NCBI GenBank assembly: GCA_049317025.1
Contig: JBMOJD010000002.1
Span: 20,926 to 84,925 of the forward strand
Direction of reading: 5' to 3'
DNA length: 64,000 nucleotides
Source of the DNA: Fimbriimonas sp.
GTDB taxonomy: Bacteria; Armatimonadota; Fimbriimonadia; Fimbriimonadales; Fimbriimonadaceae
A program made the translations under genes and the position numbers. This document shows positions 8,960 through 20,952 of the stretch, in pieces; position 1 is the first letter of the stretch; each line of letters begins with the position of its first letter. The notes beneath the pieces were generated by a model, which was given only the letters and a program-made list of their open reading frames with translations, had not been told where the DNA came from and made no database searches.

Positions 8960-10125
8960 CCCTTCGCGGGCTTAACCGCCAACGGATTGGCCGCCTCGGC
9001 CTTCAGGAGTTCGGCAAACCGCGAGCGCAGCTTTCGGTCGCCTTTCGTCCGCAGGGTCTGGGCGAGGACGATGGACTTTCCGAGACGAACAAAGCGAATC
9101 GTATTCACTTCTTTCGGGCCGTTGGCCCTGGTCGGCATACGCAGGAGCGTATCGTAGGCGGTTCGAAGCCGCCCCTCGCCTTCGAGGCCCGCAGCGGGCG
9201 ACAGGGCGCGGAGAGCGGCGAGCTGGGCCGGCGAAGCCCACTTTTCCAGGTTCGCATAAGGCGTGGCCATCACTTCGTCGTCGGTCTGCTCGACAAATCT
9301 GCGCAGGAAGACGTCGCTGGTGCAAACCGGCGTGTCGATCGATTCGTCGTTGATGAGCGTGTACGCGAACGCCTCATCCATCCCGACTTTGCCATCGCTA
9401 TTGTAATCGGCACCGGTGACAGGGGCGCCCAGGCGGCTTGTGCCGGTGAGGGCAGCGAAAAAGTAGCCGGTGAAGTCGCGGTAATTGGCCTCGTTGACTT
9501 CAGGGGTGCAGCCAGCCGCCGTCCGCTGGGACACGCTGGCGAAGAACCCGCAGAAATTCTGCTCTCGAATCGGTCCCTGGGGGTCGCCACGCTCAAAAAG
9601 AGTGTTGCCGAAAGCGCCGGAATAGCACTGGACCATAACGAGGGCCACAGGCGTTGATTTCGGGAGCGTATCGATGGCCTCGCCGAGCTCGCGCACTGTG
9701 AGGCCGGGTTGGCCCCAGAGGTCGAAGTAGTTGTTCTGAAATTCGCTGGGCGGGTTGGGACTGCCGTGGCCGGTGAAGTAAAGGAGGACGGGCGATTTGG
9801 GGCTCTTCTTCACGTCGGTGATCAGCGTCTGGAACTCCGCGAGGAACGGGGCGCGCTGCGAAGGGCCATCCATCCGGAAGAGGTCGGCGGCACGGTAGGC
9901 TTCCTTGTTCTGGGAGTCCAGGTACTGCACGGTCTCGGTGGTCGGGCTTCCGTCGGCAAAGAGCACGCGGGCGGCCGTTTGGGGCGGAATCAGGCGACCC
10001 AGGTAGCGGACGTTGCTTTCGATCGCGACCTGGTTGTACTTTGGCTCGGGGCCGCCACCGACGATAAGGGCGCGCAACGGCGCTCCCTGGGCCATTCCGA
10101 GCAAGGCAAGGGAAGCGATGAGCAT
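8956..10125 (-). CDS. Secreted clan CD cysteine peptidase (C13 legumain/caspase-fold-like) with EF-hand-type calcium loop
   Basis: 389 aa with an N-terminal signal. Hydrophobic strand plus His-Gly (VLLYFTGHGS, about His120) and hydrophobic strand plus Gln-Cys (ALVMVQCYSGAF, about Cys167), spaced about 47 aa apart as in clan CD. DYNSDGKVGMDE matches the 12-residue EF-hand loop DxNxDGxVxxxE. Confidence 0.55.
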   Translation of the reverse strand: MLIASLALLGMAQGAPLRALIVGGGPEPKYNQVAIESNVRYLGRLIPPQTAARVLFADGSPTTETVQYLDSQNKEAYRAADLFRMDGPSQRAPFLAEFQTLITDVKKSPKSPVLLYFTGHGSPNPPSEFQNNYFDLWGQPGLTVRELGEAIDTLPKSTPVALVMVQCYSGAFGNTLFERGDPQGPIREQNFCGFFASVSQRTAAGCTPEVNEANYRDFTGYFFAALTGTSRLGAPVTGADYNSDGKVGMDEAFAYTLINDESIDTPVCTSDVFLRRFVEQTDDEVMATPYANLEKWASPAQLAALRALSPAAGLEGEGRLRTAYDTLLRMPTRANGPKEVNTIRFVRLGKSIVLAQTLRTKGDRKLRSRFAELLKAEAANPLAVKPAKG

Positions 10126-10163
10126 AGCTTCATAGACGCTTTTCGCCGCGAAAGATCACAGTG

Positions 10164-12601
<2,438 letters not shown>

Positions 12602-12602
<1 letters not shown>

Positions 12603-13045
12603 TATTCGCTGACCACCCGGATCGACTGGGTGCGTTCACGCTTGGGGATTACTACGACAAGGAAACCATTTCGATATTGGGCGCGGATTCCGTCGGGATC
12701 GATCGAGACGTCCGGGAGCTTGATTTCGCGCATGAATTCGCCGTAGTAAATTTCGAGCTGGTAGAAGCCGACGTGGCTATCGGGGTTAGAGATCGGTTCG
12801 GCCCGATGCCCGCGCAGGAGCAGGGCATGACGCTCCGGCGTGTAGTGCAGCTGGATGTCCTCGCCTCGGACGCCTGCGAGCTCTGCGCGGAGGATGAACT
12901 GCCGTTCCTCTTCCATCAGGTCAAGGCGGGGTTCCCAGCATCGGCCATTGGCCAACCGGGGGCGCACCGTGCCCAGGCAAGCAGATTCGCCGGGGAGATC
13001 GCCACCGAGCGAATAAAACCACTCCTCAACTTCTTTGCGAGCCAT
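12602..13045 (-). CDS. Hsp20/alpha-crystallin family small heat-shock protein
   Basis: 147 aa. Alpha-crystallin domain ILRAELAGVRGEDIQL...YGEFMREIKLPDVSIDPDGIRAQYRNGFLVVVIPK. Its stop overlaps the lon start by 1 nt (TAATG). Confidence 0.85.
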
Positions 13046-14339
13046 CTGCGAAGTTTACTCCCCTCTCCTCGCGGATGAATGCTCGCTGGGTCCAACCCCA
13101 AAGGCTGAAGACCGACAACACCGATGCGCCCGCACCAAGGGCGATGGGAATGCTGTAGCGCGCGGCCAGCCACCCGATTCCCAAAGTGCCGACCGGTCCG
13201 AGGCCGGACAGCGCCCAGACATGCATGGCGATCACGCGGCCCCGCAGGTGGTCTGGACTCAGGGTTTGGAGCAAGCTGTTGGTGGTGTTGAACTGCATGA
13301 TCGCGCAAAGCCCGAGCAAAGCGAACATGCAATAGGCGACCGAGACAAGGGAAGTGGCGGCAAGCAAAAAGAGACCGAGAGCCATGCCCGTCATCGAGAA
13401 CAGAACCTGCAGCTCTTTCTTTTTCGAAGTCGCCAGGGCGGTGACGAGGGCTAGGGCCGCGACGGCGCCGATACCGATCATGCTGTAGGCATTTCCGAGG
13501 CCCGCTTTGCCAAGCCCGAGTTGGGTTTTGGCGATTGCAGGCAAAAGCGCCATGTAGGCAAGGCCAAACGAACTCGTGATGCCCTCGAGAATCAGAAGCG
13601 TCCGCAGACGGCGATCCTGGAACGTGTAGCGAAACCCCTCGGCGATGAGATCGATGATCCCCAACGACGACGGCGGCCCGGCCGAGAGGTCGGACCGAAT
13701 CGCGAGGGCTCCAAGGATGAGGGCGAGGAAGCTGAGGCCATTGACGAAGTAACAAATTTGCGGGCCGACCACGGCAAGCAACTGGCCGCCAATCGCGGGG
13801 CCAATAAGTCGGGCGAGGTTGAAGGTGAGTCCGTTCAGAGGCACCGCCGTCGCGAGGTCCTCGACAGGGACGACCCGGCTGACGATCGACTGGCGGGCGG
13901 GGATCTCGACACAACTCGTAAAGCCACCGAGGAGCGCCACTACAAGAATCTGCTCATAGGTGATGAATTTGGCGTAGGCGGCATAGGCAAGAAAGAGCGC
14001 TCCGAAAGCCAGGAGCGCCTGGGTCACGACCAACAGCATCCGGCGGTTGAGCGTGTCGACCAGAGTTCCGGCGATGGGGCCGAGCAGCATGATCGGGGCC
14101 ATCCCGGCAAAGCTCACCATGGCGAGTTTGGATTCATCACGCGTGAGTTCGTAGACCAGATAGCCCTGGGCCACGCTTTGGACCCACGAACCGGAGAACG
14201 AAAAGAACGCGCCGAACCATAGAAGGCGAAAATCTCGGATACCGAGAACGCGCGCCACGGGCCCCTTCGAAAGCTGTGTCCACCAGGCTTTGAACCTGCC
14301 CTGACCCTTCGCTGGGTCGGAGGGCAGGCGAGAAGACAT
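13026..14339 (-). CDS. MFS transporter (MFS_3/EntS-like)
   Basis: 437 aa with about 12 hydrophobic helices. RDFRLLWFGAFFSFSGSW is typical of this MFS subfamily. Overlaps the hsp20 start by 20 nt. Confidence 0.8.
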   Translation of the reverse strand: MSSRLPSDPAKGQGRFKAWWTQLSKGPVARVLGIRDFRLLWFGAFFSFSGSWVQSVAQGYLVYELTRDESKLAMVSFAGMAPIMLLGPIAGTLVDTLNRRMLLVVTQALLAFGALFLAYAAYAKFITYEQILVVALLGGFTSCVEIPARQSIVSRVVPVEDLATAVPLNGLTFNLARLIGPAIGGQLLAVVGPQICYFVNGLSFLALILGALAIRSDLSAGPPSSLGIIDLIAEGFRYTFQDRRLRTLLILEGITSSFGLAYMALLPAIAKTQLGLGKAGLGNAYSMIGIGAVAALALVTALATSKKKELQVLFSMTGMALGLFLLAATSLVSVAYCMFALLGLCAIMQFNTTNSLLQTLSPDHLRGRVIAMHVWALSGLGPVGTLGIGWLAARYSIPIALGAGASVLSVFSLWGWTQRAFIREERGVNFADGSQRS

Positions 14340-14340
14340 G

Positions 14341-14358
14341 TCTTAGTATGTCCTAAGA
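14341..14358. promoter_or_regulatory. Inverted repeat TCTTAG-N6-CTAAGA abutting the MFS start codon (operator or 5' hairpin candidate)
   Basis: Perfect 6-bp arms read directly from the sequence. Contains the CATACT -10-like hexamer (14345-14350, minus strand) 5 nt from ATG 14339. Confidence 0.3.
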
Positions 14359-14408
14359 GTTACCGACATTCGGGCTCGGCTAGGTAACATGCTACGGTAG
14401 GGTGGTCA

Positions 14409-15500
14409 TTGGATAAGGCTCGTTCACTGAAAATTTTGCAAGTGTGTTCGAGTGCCACAACCTCGGGAGCTGAGCGCCATGTGCTCCAGCTCTCTCAATT
14501 GCTTGAGTCACGTGGTCACGGCGTTTCCGCGGTCACTTCCAGCGACGGTTGGCTGACCCAACGCCTTTTTGATGCTGGTTTGGACGTCCAGGTCAGCCCA
14601 ATGAAGGGACGCGGGTGGCTCCGCTCGGTCGCCTTGCTTGCGCGCGAGATTCGCCGCAAGAAGATCGACGTGGTTCACACGCACCTGACCCGGGCCGCCT
14701 ACATCGGCTACGCCGCAGGGCTCCTGACCAGAACTCCGGTGGTCACCAGCGTCCATATCGCCAATCACGATTATATTTATCGACGCCTGGCCCATGGCCG
14801 CAATCGCCTGGTTGCGGTCAGCAACTTTGTCCGCGGCATGTTGCACGGCCGGGGAATCCCGGATCGCTTCATCGACACCGTCCACAACGGCACGGATTTT
14901 GATGAACTCGAGTCGATTTCGCCTGAAACAGTGGCCTCCGAGCTCGAAATCCCCGAGAATCGAAAACTGGTCGGATTGCTGGGCCGAGTTTGTCGGGAAA
15001 AAGGGCATCTGGAGATGGTTGCGGCCATGCCCCAGATCCGGAAGGCTCACCCCGAGGCGCATTTTGTTTTTGTGGGCAAGGTCGAGCCGACTTTTGAGCT
15101 AGAGATGCAGGCGGCGATTGACTCGGCTGGTATCTCGGACCGCTTGACCCTGACCGGCCTTCGTCACGACGTGCCTCGTCTGCTCGATGCTTTTGCCCTC
15201 ACCACGATGCCTTCGCATCGGGAAACGTTTGGCCTTGCTGCCCTCGAAGCAATGGCGCGCGGCAAGCCCGTGGTAGCTTCTCGCGTGGGCGGGCTCCCTG
15301 AGCTGGTGCATCACCAACAGACCGGACTGCTCGTTGACCTGCGGCCCGATGAGATTGCCGAAGCGGTGACGTATCTGCTTTCGAATGATATTGAGCGAGA
15401 GCAAATGGGCTTGCAGGGCCGCCGGATGGTGCGCGAGAAGTTCACGCTCGGCGAGATGGCCAACCGATTCGAAGGCGTGTATCAACGCGCAATTGGCTAG
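14409..15500 (+). CDS. Glycosyltransferase family 4 (GT-B fold)
   Basis: 363 aa. N-terminal KILQVCSSATTSGAERH and C-terminal EX7E region PSHRETFGLAALEAMARGKPVV. TTG start. Confidence 0.85.
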   Translation: MDKARSLKILQVCSSATTSGAERHVLQLSQLLESRGHGVSAVTSSDGWLTQRLFDAGLDVQVSPMKGRGWLRSVALLAREIRRKKIDVVHTHLTRAAYIGYAAGLLTRTPVVTSVHIANHDYIYRRLAHGRNRLVAVSNFVRGMLHGRGIPDRFIDTVHNGTDFDELESISPETVASELEIPENRKLVGLLGRVCREKGHLEMVAAMPQIRKAHPEAHFVFVGKVEPTFELEMQAAIDSAGISDRLTLTGLRHDVPRLLDAFALTTMPSHRETFGLAALEAMARGKPVVASRVGGLPELVHHQQTGLLVDLRPDEIAEAVTYLLSNDIEREQMGLQGRRMVREKFTLGEMANRFEGVYQRAIG

Positions 15501-15515
15501 GTACCCTAAGCACCT

Positions 15516-16373
15516 ATGGCGCGGATCGGCTTCGTGGGACTGGGCGTGATGGGCGCGCCGATGGCGGGGCACCTTTTGGCGAGCGGCCACACCGTGACGG
15601 TCTGGAACCGGACAGCGGCCAAAGCCGAGCCCCTGCGCGAGAAAGGTGCCTTGGTGGCCGTCGACCTCGCCGAACTCGCCAAAGACCAAGACGCGGTTTG
15701 CCTTTGCGTGACCGGTAGCGAGGACGTTCGAATCTGCGTCACCGCGATGGCTCCCTTTCTGAGCGCGAATGCGCTGGTGATTGACCACTCAACGATCGCT
15801 CCGGCGGCTGTCCAGGAGATCGCGGCCTTGGTTCCCCGTTTCGTTGATGCACCGGTCACAGGTGGCAGCATGGGGGCCCAGAAGGGGCAACTGACGGTTT
15901 TCCTCGGCGGGACGGTGCAAGACTGTGCCGACGCCCAGAGCATCATCGCACCCTACACGAAGAGGTCGGAGCGCGTCGGCGACGCGTCGGCGGGCCAAAA
16001 GATGAAGCTGGCGAACCAGATTGCCGGAGGCATCGCCGTGCTCGCCCTGAGCGAGTGCGTTGCGTTCGCCGTCAAGGCTGGCCTCGACCCGGCCCAGGCG
16101 ATCGATATGATCGGAAGCGGTGCAGGCGGCAGCTGGGCCTTCACGAACTACGGCCCCAAGCTCTTGGCCCACGACAATTCTCCCGGGTTTAGCATCGCCA
16201 ATCAGCGCAAGGACTTTTGCTATGTGCTGGAAACCGGCTTGGAAATCGGGGCTTCTTTGGAGGGCACGGCCCTGGTTGACCGATTGCTTGGAGTGATTCA
16301 AGACCAGAGTTATGGAGACCTTGCCACCGTTTCTTTGTACGAATCACTTCTCGGTGAGGCCATCACCGAGTGA
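15516..16373 (+). CDS. NAD(P)-dependent beta-hydroxyacid dehydrogenase (3-hydroxyisobutyrate/2-hydroxy-3-oxopropionate reductase family)
   Basis: 285 aa. Rossmann motif RIGFVGLGVMGAPMAGHL and family-typical KLANQ segment. Confidence 0.85.
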   Translation: MARIGFVGLGVMGAPMAGHLLASGHTVTVWNRTAAKAEPLREKGALVAVDLAELAKDQDAVCLCVTGSEDVRICVTAMAPFLSANALVIDHSTIAPAAVQEIAALVPRFVDAPVTGGSMGAQKGQLTVFLGGTVQDCADAQSIIAPYTKRSERVGDASAGQKMKLANQIAGGIAVLALSECVAFAVKAGLDPAQAIDMIGSGAGGSWAFTNYGPKLLAHDNSPGFSIANQRKDFCYVLETGLEIGASLEGTALVDRLLGVIQDQSYGDLATVSLYESLLGEAITE

Positions 16374-17881
16374 GCGACGCGCGACGACCGCTGGCGGTGA
16401 AACTGGCGGGAATCAGCAAGCGCTTTGGGGCCGTCCGGGCCCTAGAATCCGTTGACCTTGATGTGGAGCAGGGCACCCTCCACGCCATCGTGGGTGAAAA
16501 CGGGGCGGGCAAGACAACCCTGATGAAGGTTCTCTACGGCGGGCTGACGCCGGATGCAGGGACGATCACTCTGGATTCAGGGCCGGTTGAGTTTGGCAGT
16601 AGCGCTGCAGCCATCCAAGCTGGGATTGGCATGGTGAGCCAGCACTACGGCATCATCGGTGAACTCAGTTGCCTGGATAACTTGATTTTGGGCACCGAGC
16701 CCCTTTGGATTGATCGGGGGCAGTTGAAGTCGCGGGCCGACGGCTTGGCGAAACAGATGGGTTTTGAGTTCGACTGGGAGGCCCGGGCGGAAACGCTCTC
16801 GCCTTCGGGGGCCCAAAAGCTTGAAATTTTGAAGCTACTTTGGCGAAATGCTCGAATCATGATTTTGGACGAGCCCACGGCCATGCTCTCGCCGAGCGAT
16901 GGCGAGGCATTGTTCGGAAGCCTAAAGACCTTGGTGGAGGCGGGGGCGACGGTGATCCTGGTCACCCACCGATTGCCCGAAGTGATGGACCATTGCGACC
17001 GCGTCACTGTCTTGCGGGGCGGGGTCAAGGTTGGCGAGCGCTTCGTTTCTGAGACTTCGAGTCGTGAACTGGCCGAGATGATCGTGGGGCACGAACTTGC
17101 CGCGCCACTGGGCCTTGACGCGGTTCAGCCCGGCGAAGTGGTTTTGCGAGTCGATGACCTCTGGGTGTCGGGTGATCGCGGAGACGATGCCGTGAAGGGC
17201 ATGAGCATGAGCTTGCGGGCGGGCGAGGTTGTGGGCCTGGCTGGAGTCGATGGCAATGGTCAGCGAGAGCTTGTGCGTGCACTACTCGGGGTTTCGCGAG
17301 CAAAGGCGGGACGAATCATTTTTGGCGATCAAGAGATCACGCGGTCTCACGTTGCCGAGCGGCTGGCGCAGGGGATGGCGATCATTCCCGAAGATCGGCA
17401 TGACGAAGCCATTATCGAGGATTGGTCCGTCGCCGACAACTCAATCTTGGGCCTCCAGCGACGGCCACAGTTTGGCAAAGGGCTCGGGCTCGATTCAGCG
17501 GGTGTTGGCGCCTGGGCGGCATCGGTGGCAGCGCGATTCGGCGCCAAGCACGGGGGGCTGGCGAAGGCCATTCGGGGGCTGTCGGGGGGGAATCAGCAGC
17601 GTGTGGTCGCGGCCCGCGCTCTCAACTCCAACCCCAAGTTGCTCCTTGCTTTCCAACCTGTGCGCGGCCTGGACATCACCGGCACTGATGAGGTCTACCG
17701 GGCGATCCGGACCTCGTGCCAAGGCGGAATGGCGGCTTTGGTTGTTAGCTTTGACCTCGATGAGCTGCTGAAGTACTGCGACCGTGTGCTCGTCGTCCAT
17801 GCCGGCACGATCGCTGAACCCTCGGCGACGGGTGCCCGTGATCGCAACGAAATTGGCCGTCTGATGGTGGGTGCGGCGTGA
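16370..17881 (+). CDS. ABC transporter ATP-binding protein, duplicated NBD (RbsA/NupO-like)
   Basis: 503 aa. Walker A GENGAGKTT, second-domain signature LSGGNQQR, and two NBDs in one chain. GTGA overlap with the upstream gene. Confidence 0.9.
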   Translation: MSDARRPLAVKLAGISKRFGAVRALESVDLDVEQGTLHAIVGENGAGKTTLMKVLYGGLTPDAGTITLDSGPVEFGSSAAAIQAGIGMVSQHYGIIGELSCLDNLILGTEPLWIDRGQLKSRADGLAKQMGFEFDWEARAETLSPSGAQKLEILKLLWRNARIMILDEPTAMLSPSDGEALFGSLKTLVEAGATVILVTHRLPEVMDHCDRVTVLRGGVKVGERFVSETSSRELAEMIVGHELAAPLGLDAVQPGEVVLRVDDLWVSGDRGDDAVKGMSMSLRAGEVVGLAGVDGNGQRELVRALLGVSRAKAGRIIFGDQEITRSHVAERLAQGMAIIPEDRHDEAIIEDWSVADNSILGLQRRPQFGKGLGLDSAGVGAWAASVAARFGAKHGGLAKAIRGLSGGNQQRVVAARALNSNPKLLLAFQPVRGLDITGTDEVYRAIRTSCQGGMAALVVSFDLDELLKYCDRVLVVHAGTIAEPSATGARDRNEIGRLMVGAA

Positions 17882-18882
17882 AAGGACGTTGGGACGTTGT
17901 TGCCCTCGTGGTTGGTGCCTTCGGATTGCTCATTGCCGTGTTGGCCGTTTCGGGCGCATCGCCGTTGGCCACGGTCCAGACTCTATTTCGTGGCAGTTTG
18001 GGTTCGCCGGGGGCGATCTCGGGGACTTTGCGCGAGACGACACCCCTTCTGATCGCGGGATTGGCGGTCTTTGTTGCCCTGCGCGCGGGCCTGTTCAATA
18101 TCGGGGTGGACGGCCAGTTGGTGGTGGGAGCGCTGGCTTGTGCATGTGTTGCGCTGCGGTTTCCCGGCCCGATTGGGTTGGTCCTGGGGACGATGGCTGG
18201 GAGCATTGCGGGGGCACTTTGGGCATGGCCTGCGGCCTGGATCAAGGCCGTGCGCGGCGGTCACGAAGTTATCAGCACGATCATGCTGAACAACATTGCG
18301 GGCCTGTTGACCACGGCCCTGGTCGCCGGTCCCCTCAAGGACGCCAAGGAGCAATCGCCCACCACGGCCACGCTAGGGGCATCTGATCGGATGCCTTGGC
18401 TCATCGACCAAGCCCCATTTCAGGTGAATCTCGCCATCCTGTTTGGCGTGGTCGGGACGGTCGCGATGGCCTGGTGGCTCAAGCGCACAGTCTCAGGTTA
18501 CGAACTCCAAGCCGTCGGGGGCAATCCTGTGGCGGCTTCGTTCGCGGGGATCGAGGCCAAACGCGTGACCATGCGCACCATGATCCTGTCGGGAGCCATC
18601 GCTGGGTTTGCTGGTTGCATGCAGGTCTTGGCCTATGAAGGTCGCTTTTACGCGGGATTTTCGCCGGGCTATGGTTTTGATGCCTTGGGCGTGGCCCTGC
18701 TGGCGGGATCGAACGCCCTCGGCGTCCTTCCATCTTCGCTGCTATTCGGGATCCTCGCAAAGGGCGGTACCGCGATCCAAATCATGGGCGTGCCGAAGGG
18801 GATCACGACGGTCGTGCTTGGTTTGGTGATCTTGGTTGCCGCCGTCTTGCGCTATCGAAAGCAAGGAGAACCTGCGCGATGA
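17878..18882 (+). CDS. ABC transporter permease (RbsC/NupP-like)
   Basis: 334 aa, polytopic membrane protein. GTGA overlap with the ATPase gene. Confidence 0.85.
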   Translation: MKGRWDVVALVVGAFGLLIAVLAVSGASPLATVQTLFRGSLGSPGAISGTLRETTPLLIAGLAVFVALRAGLFNIGVDGQLVVGALACACVALRFPGPIGLVLGTMAGSIAGALWAWPAAWIKAVRGGHEVISTIMLNNIAGLLTTALVAGPLKDAKEQSPTTATLGASDRMPWLIDQAPFQVNLAILFGVVGTVAMAWWLKRTVSGYELQAVGGNPVAASFAGIEAKRVTMRTMILSGAIAGFAGCMQVLAYEGRFYAGFSPGYGFDALGVALLAGSNALGVLPSSLLFGILAKGGTAIQIMGVPKGITTVVLGLVILVAAVLRYRKQGEPAR

Positions 18883-19715
18883 ACCTTCTTTGGCTGACCC
18901 TCACGCTGGCGGCTCCTCTTGTTCTCGCAGCCATGGGCGGCTACATGAGCGAGCGCTCTGGGGTGGTGAACATTGCCCTTGAGGGCAAGATGCTCATGGC
19001 GGCGTGCGTCACGGCGATGACGGCTTGGACTTTTGGGCCGGTGGCGAGCCTAGGTTTTGGGGTCTTGGCCGCGATCGCCTTGAGTTTGCTCCATGCGTTG
19101 GCGACGCAGCACTTTCGCATCGATGCCATTGTGAGCGGTATGGCCGTGAACGCGCTGGCGGCCGGGGGCTCGAACTTTGTACTGCAACGGTTTGATGATC
19201 CTTCTCGATCTGGCCAGTTTCCGGCGCTTCCACTGCAACTTTTCTACGTCTTTGCCTTCGCGGTGCCGGTGCTTCTTTGGCTACAATCGAAGTACTTCCG
19301 CGAGGGTCTGCATCTTATTGCCGTAGGGGCAGACCCGGAGAAGGCTCGGCAAGCGGGATTGAATCCATCCAAGGTTCGTGCCCGGGCCCTGGTCTTTACG
19401 GGCGTCTATTGTGGCTTCGCGGGCGCCTTGCTGGCGACGGAAACCGGTGGATTCACTGATGGAATGACGGCGGGGCGGGGATATATCGCGCTGGCGGCGC
19501 TCATTCTGGGCGGGTGGCGGCCGCTCCCAACACTTGGTGCTTGCGTCGCGTTCGGATTCTTCAGTGCTCTGCGTCTGCAACTCCAGGGCACGCCTGTTTT
19601 CGGTGTCGAACTCCCGTCCGAACTTTGGGCGTCGTTACCCTACGTGGCCACATTGGTGGCTCTTGCCGGATTGTTGGGGCGGGTTCGGCCCCCGGCTGGC
19701 CTCGGAAAACCATGA
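18879..19715 (+). CDS. ABC transporter permease (RbsC/NupQ-like)
   Basis: 278 aa, polytopic membrane protein. ATGA overlap with the preceding permease. Confidence 0.85.
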   Translation: MNLLWLTLTLAAPLVLAAMGGYMSERSGVVNIALEGKMLMAACVTAMTAWTFGPVASLGFGVLAAIALSLLHALATQHFRIDAIVSGMAVNALAAGGSNFVLQRFDDPSRSGQFPALPLQLFYVFAFAVPVLLWLQSKYFREGLHLIAVGADPEKARQAGLNPSKVRARALVFTGVYCGFAGALLATETGGFTDGMTAGRGYIALAALILGGWRPLPTLGACVAFGFFSALRLQLQGTPVFGVELPSELWASLPYVATLVALAGLLGRVRPPAGLGKP

Positions 19716-20950
19716 TCACCACGCCCTTTCTGACCCTCTTACTGGCCCAATCAGGGGCACCAAACGCCCTGCTCGAGAGTTGCGTGCAGCGAATGCGTTC
19801 GCTCGCCCTGGAGCCTTCCAAAGCTGTGGTCGTTCGGTCGAAGGTGACGACCGGCACCACGTTGGAGCAGGTCTTTGACCTTGCCTACTCGGGTGATCGA
19901 CTGCGAGTGGCGCTCGCGGTGGCGGCAACTCCGCAAAGCGCAGGCAGCAATCGAACCTACTATCTGGAGGGGGCCAAGTTCCTTGCCATCGAGCCAGACG
20001 CCACTGAGTGGCTGAGCCGGACGGTCTCGGCCCGGGCGACGCGGCTCCAGCGACTGGAGCAGGGAATGGGGCGGATGGATGACGCGGTGCGAATCCTCCT
20101 GAGTCCGGCGGCGGTGAGCGAGATCGTCGGTCCGCTCGCCGCTGCGCCGAATTGGCGGGCCCAGACCCGGGCAAACGAGACTGTCCTGACCCGAGGGCCA
20201 ATCCAGGGCGTGGACACGACGGTGAAGATCGACAACCAGCGCCGCCTGACCTCGCTGCGGATCAACTCGCAAGGGTCGATCATGCAGTGGGAATATCGAT
20301 ACGGCGCGGCCAAGCCGTTGGCGGCGGCGCGGGTTCCTTCGGGATATCGCCGGGTGGATGCCTTCACCGCCATGCCCTTGCCGCCGCGATACGCCAATGC
20401 GGGGGCGGAGAAGGTTGGGAGTCGGATCTTGCGAACTTACGGCGCCCTGAAGAGGGGCGAAATCGTGGTGACGGAAGACGGTTCGCGTCGAACCATTCTG
20501 GTTGGTAGCGGAAAACTTGCCCAAATCGAACCTAAGCAGGCTTTTGTATTCGACGGCAAATCCTTGTCTTTCCGTGTTGCTCGTGCAAGCCGTAGCGGAG
20601 CGGCGAAGCGAACTCAGGTTTTGGATCGGCTGGCGGCGGCGGGCTTCAAGATCGATCCGTTCGCCCGCAACTACCTCACGCGGACAGTGCCATTCCAGAA
20701 CATCCTGAAACCAGGGACCAGCGTCAAGATTGATGGCACCGTGGTGGTGAACGGCGTACCGTGCGACATTGTGCTCGCGACCGCGCCGACCTTTAGAGTG
20801 TCTATGTTTGTGCGGCGCACCGATGGCTTGGTCCAGAGCTTGACGAGCGAAGCCATCGACCCCCGAGGCCGAACGGCGAGCCGATCTGTGTATGCCTATG
20901 AATACAAAAGCTTAGGCAAAACACCGCCCTCGTCTCGCTTCCGTCTCTGA
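19712..20950 (+). CDS. Hypothetical exported protein, possibly two LolA-like half-barrel domains
   Basis: The track ORF starts at 19514 inside the permease gene. The in-frame ATG at 19712 (MITTPFLTLLLAQSGAP) overlaps the permease stop (ATGA). No catalytic motif recognised, and the LolA-like call is weak. Confidence 0.45.
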   Translation: MITTPFLTLLLAQSGAPNALLESCVQRMRSLALEPSKAVVVRSKVTTGTTLEQVFDLAYSGDRLRVALAVAATPQSAGSNRTYYLEGAKFLAIEPDATEWLSRTVSARATRLQRLEQGMGRMDDAVRILLSPAAVSEIVGPLAAAPNWRAQTRANETVLTRGPIQGVDTTVKIDNQRRLTSLRINSQGSIMQWEYRYGAAKPLAAARVPSGYRRVDAFTAMPLPPRYANAGAEKVGSRILRTYGALKRGEIVVTEDGSRRTILVGSGKLAQIEPKQAFVFDGKSLSFRVARASRSGAAKRTQVLDRLAAAGFKIDPFARNYLTRTVPFQNILKPGTSVKIDGTVVVNGVPCDIVLATAPTFRVSMFVRRTDGLVQSLTSEAIDPRGRTASRSVYAYEYKSLGKTPPSSRFRL

Positions 20951-20952
20951 AC

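Noticed and set aside
19514-19711. N-terminal extension of the 478-aa ORF into the ABC permease gene.
   Set aside because: The extension overlaps the permease by about 200 nt and is Arg/Cys-rich nonsense. The ATG at 19712 gives an ATGA coupling and a hydrophobic N-terminus.
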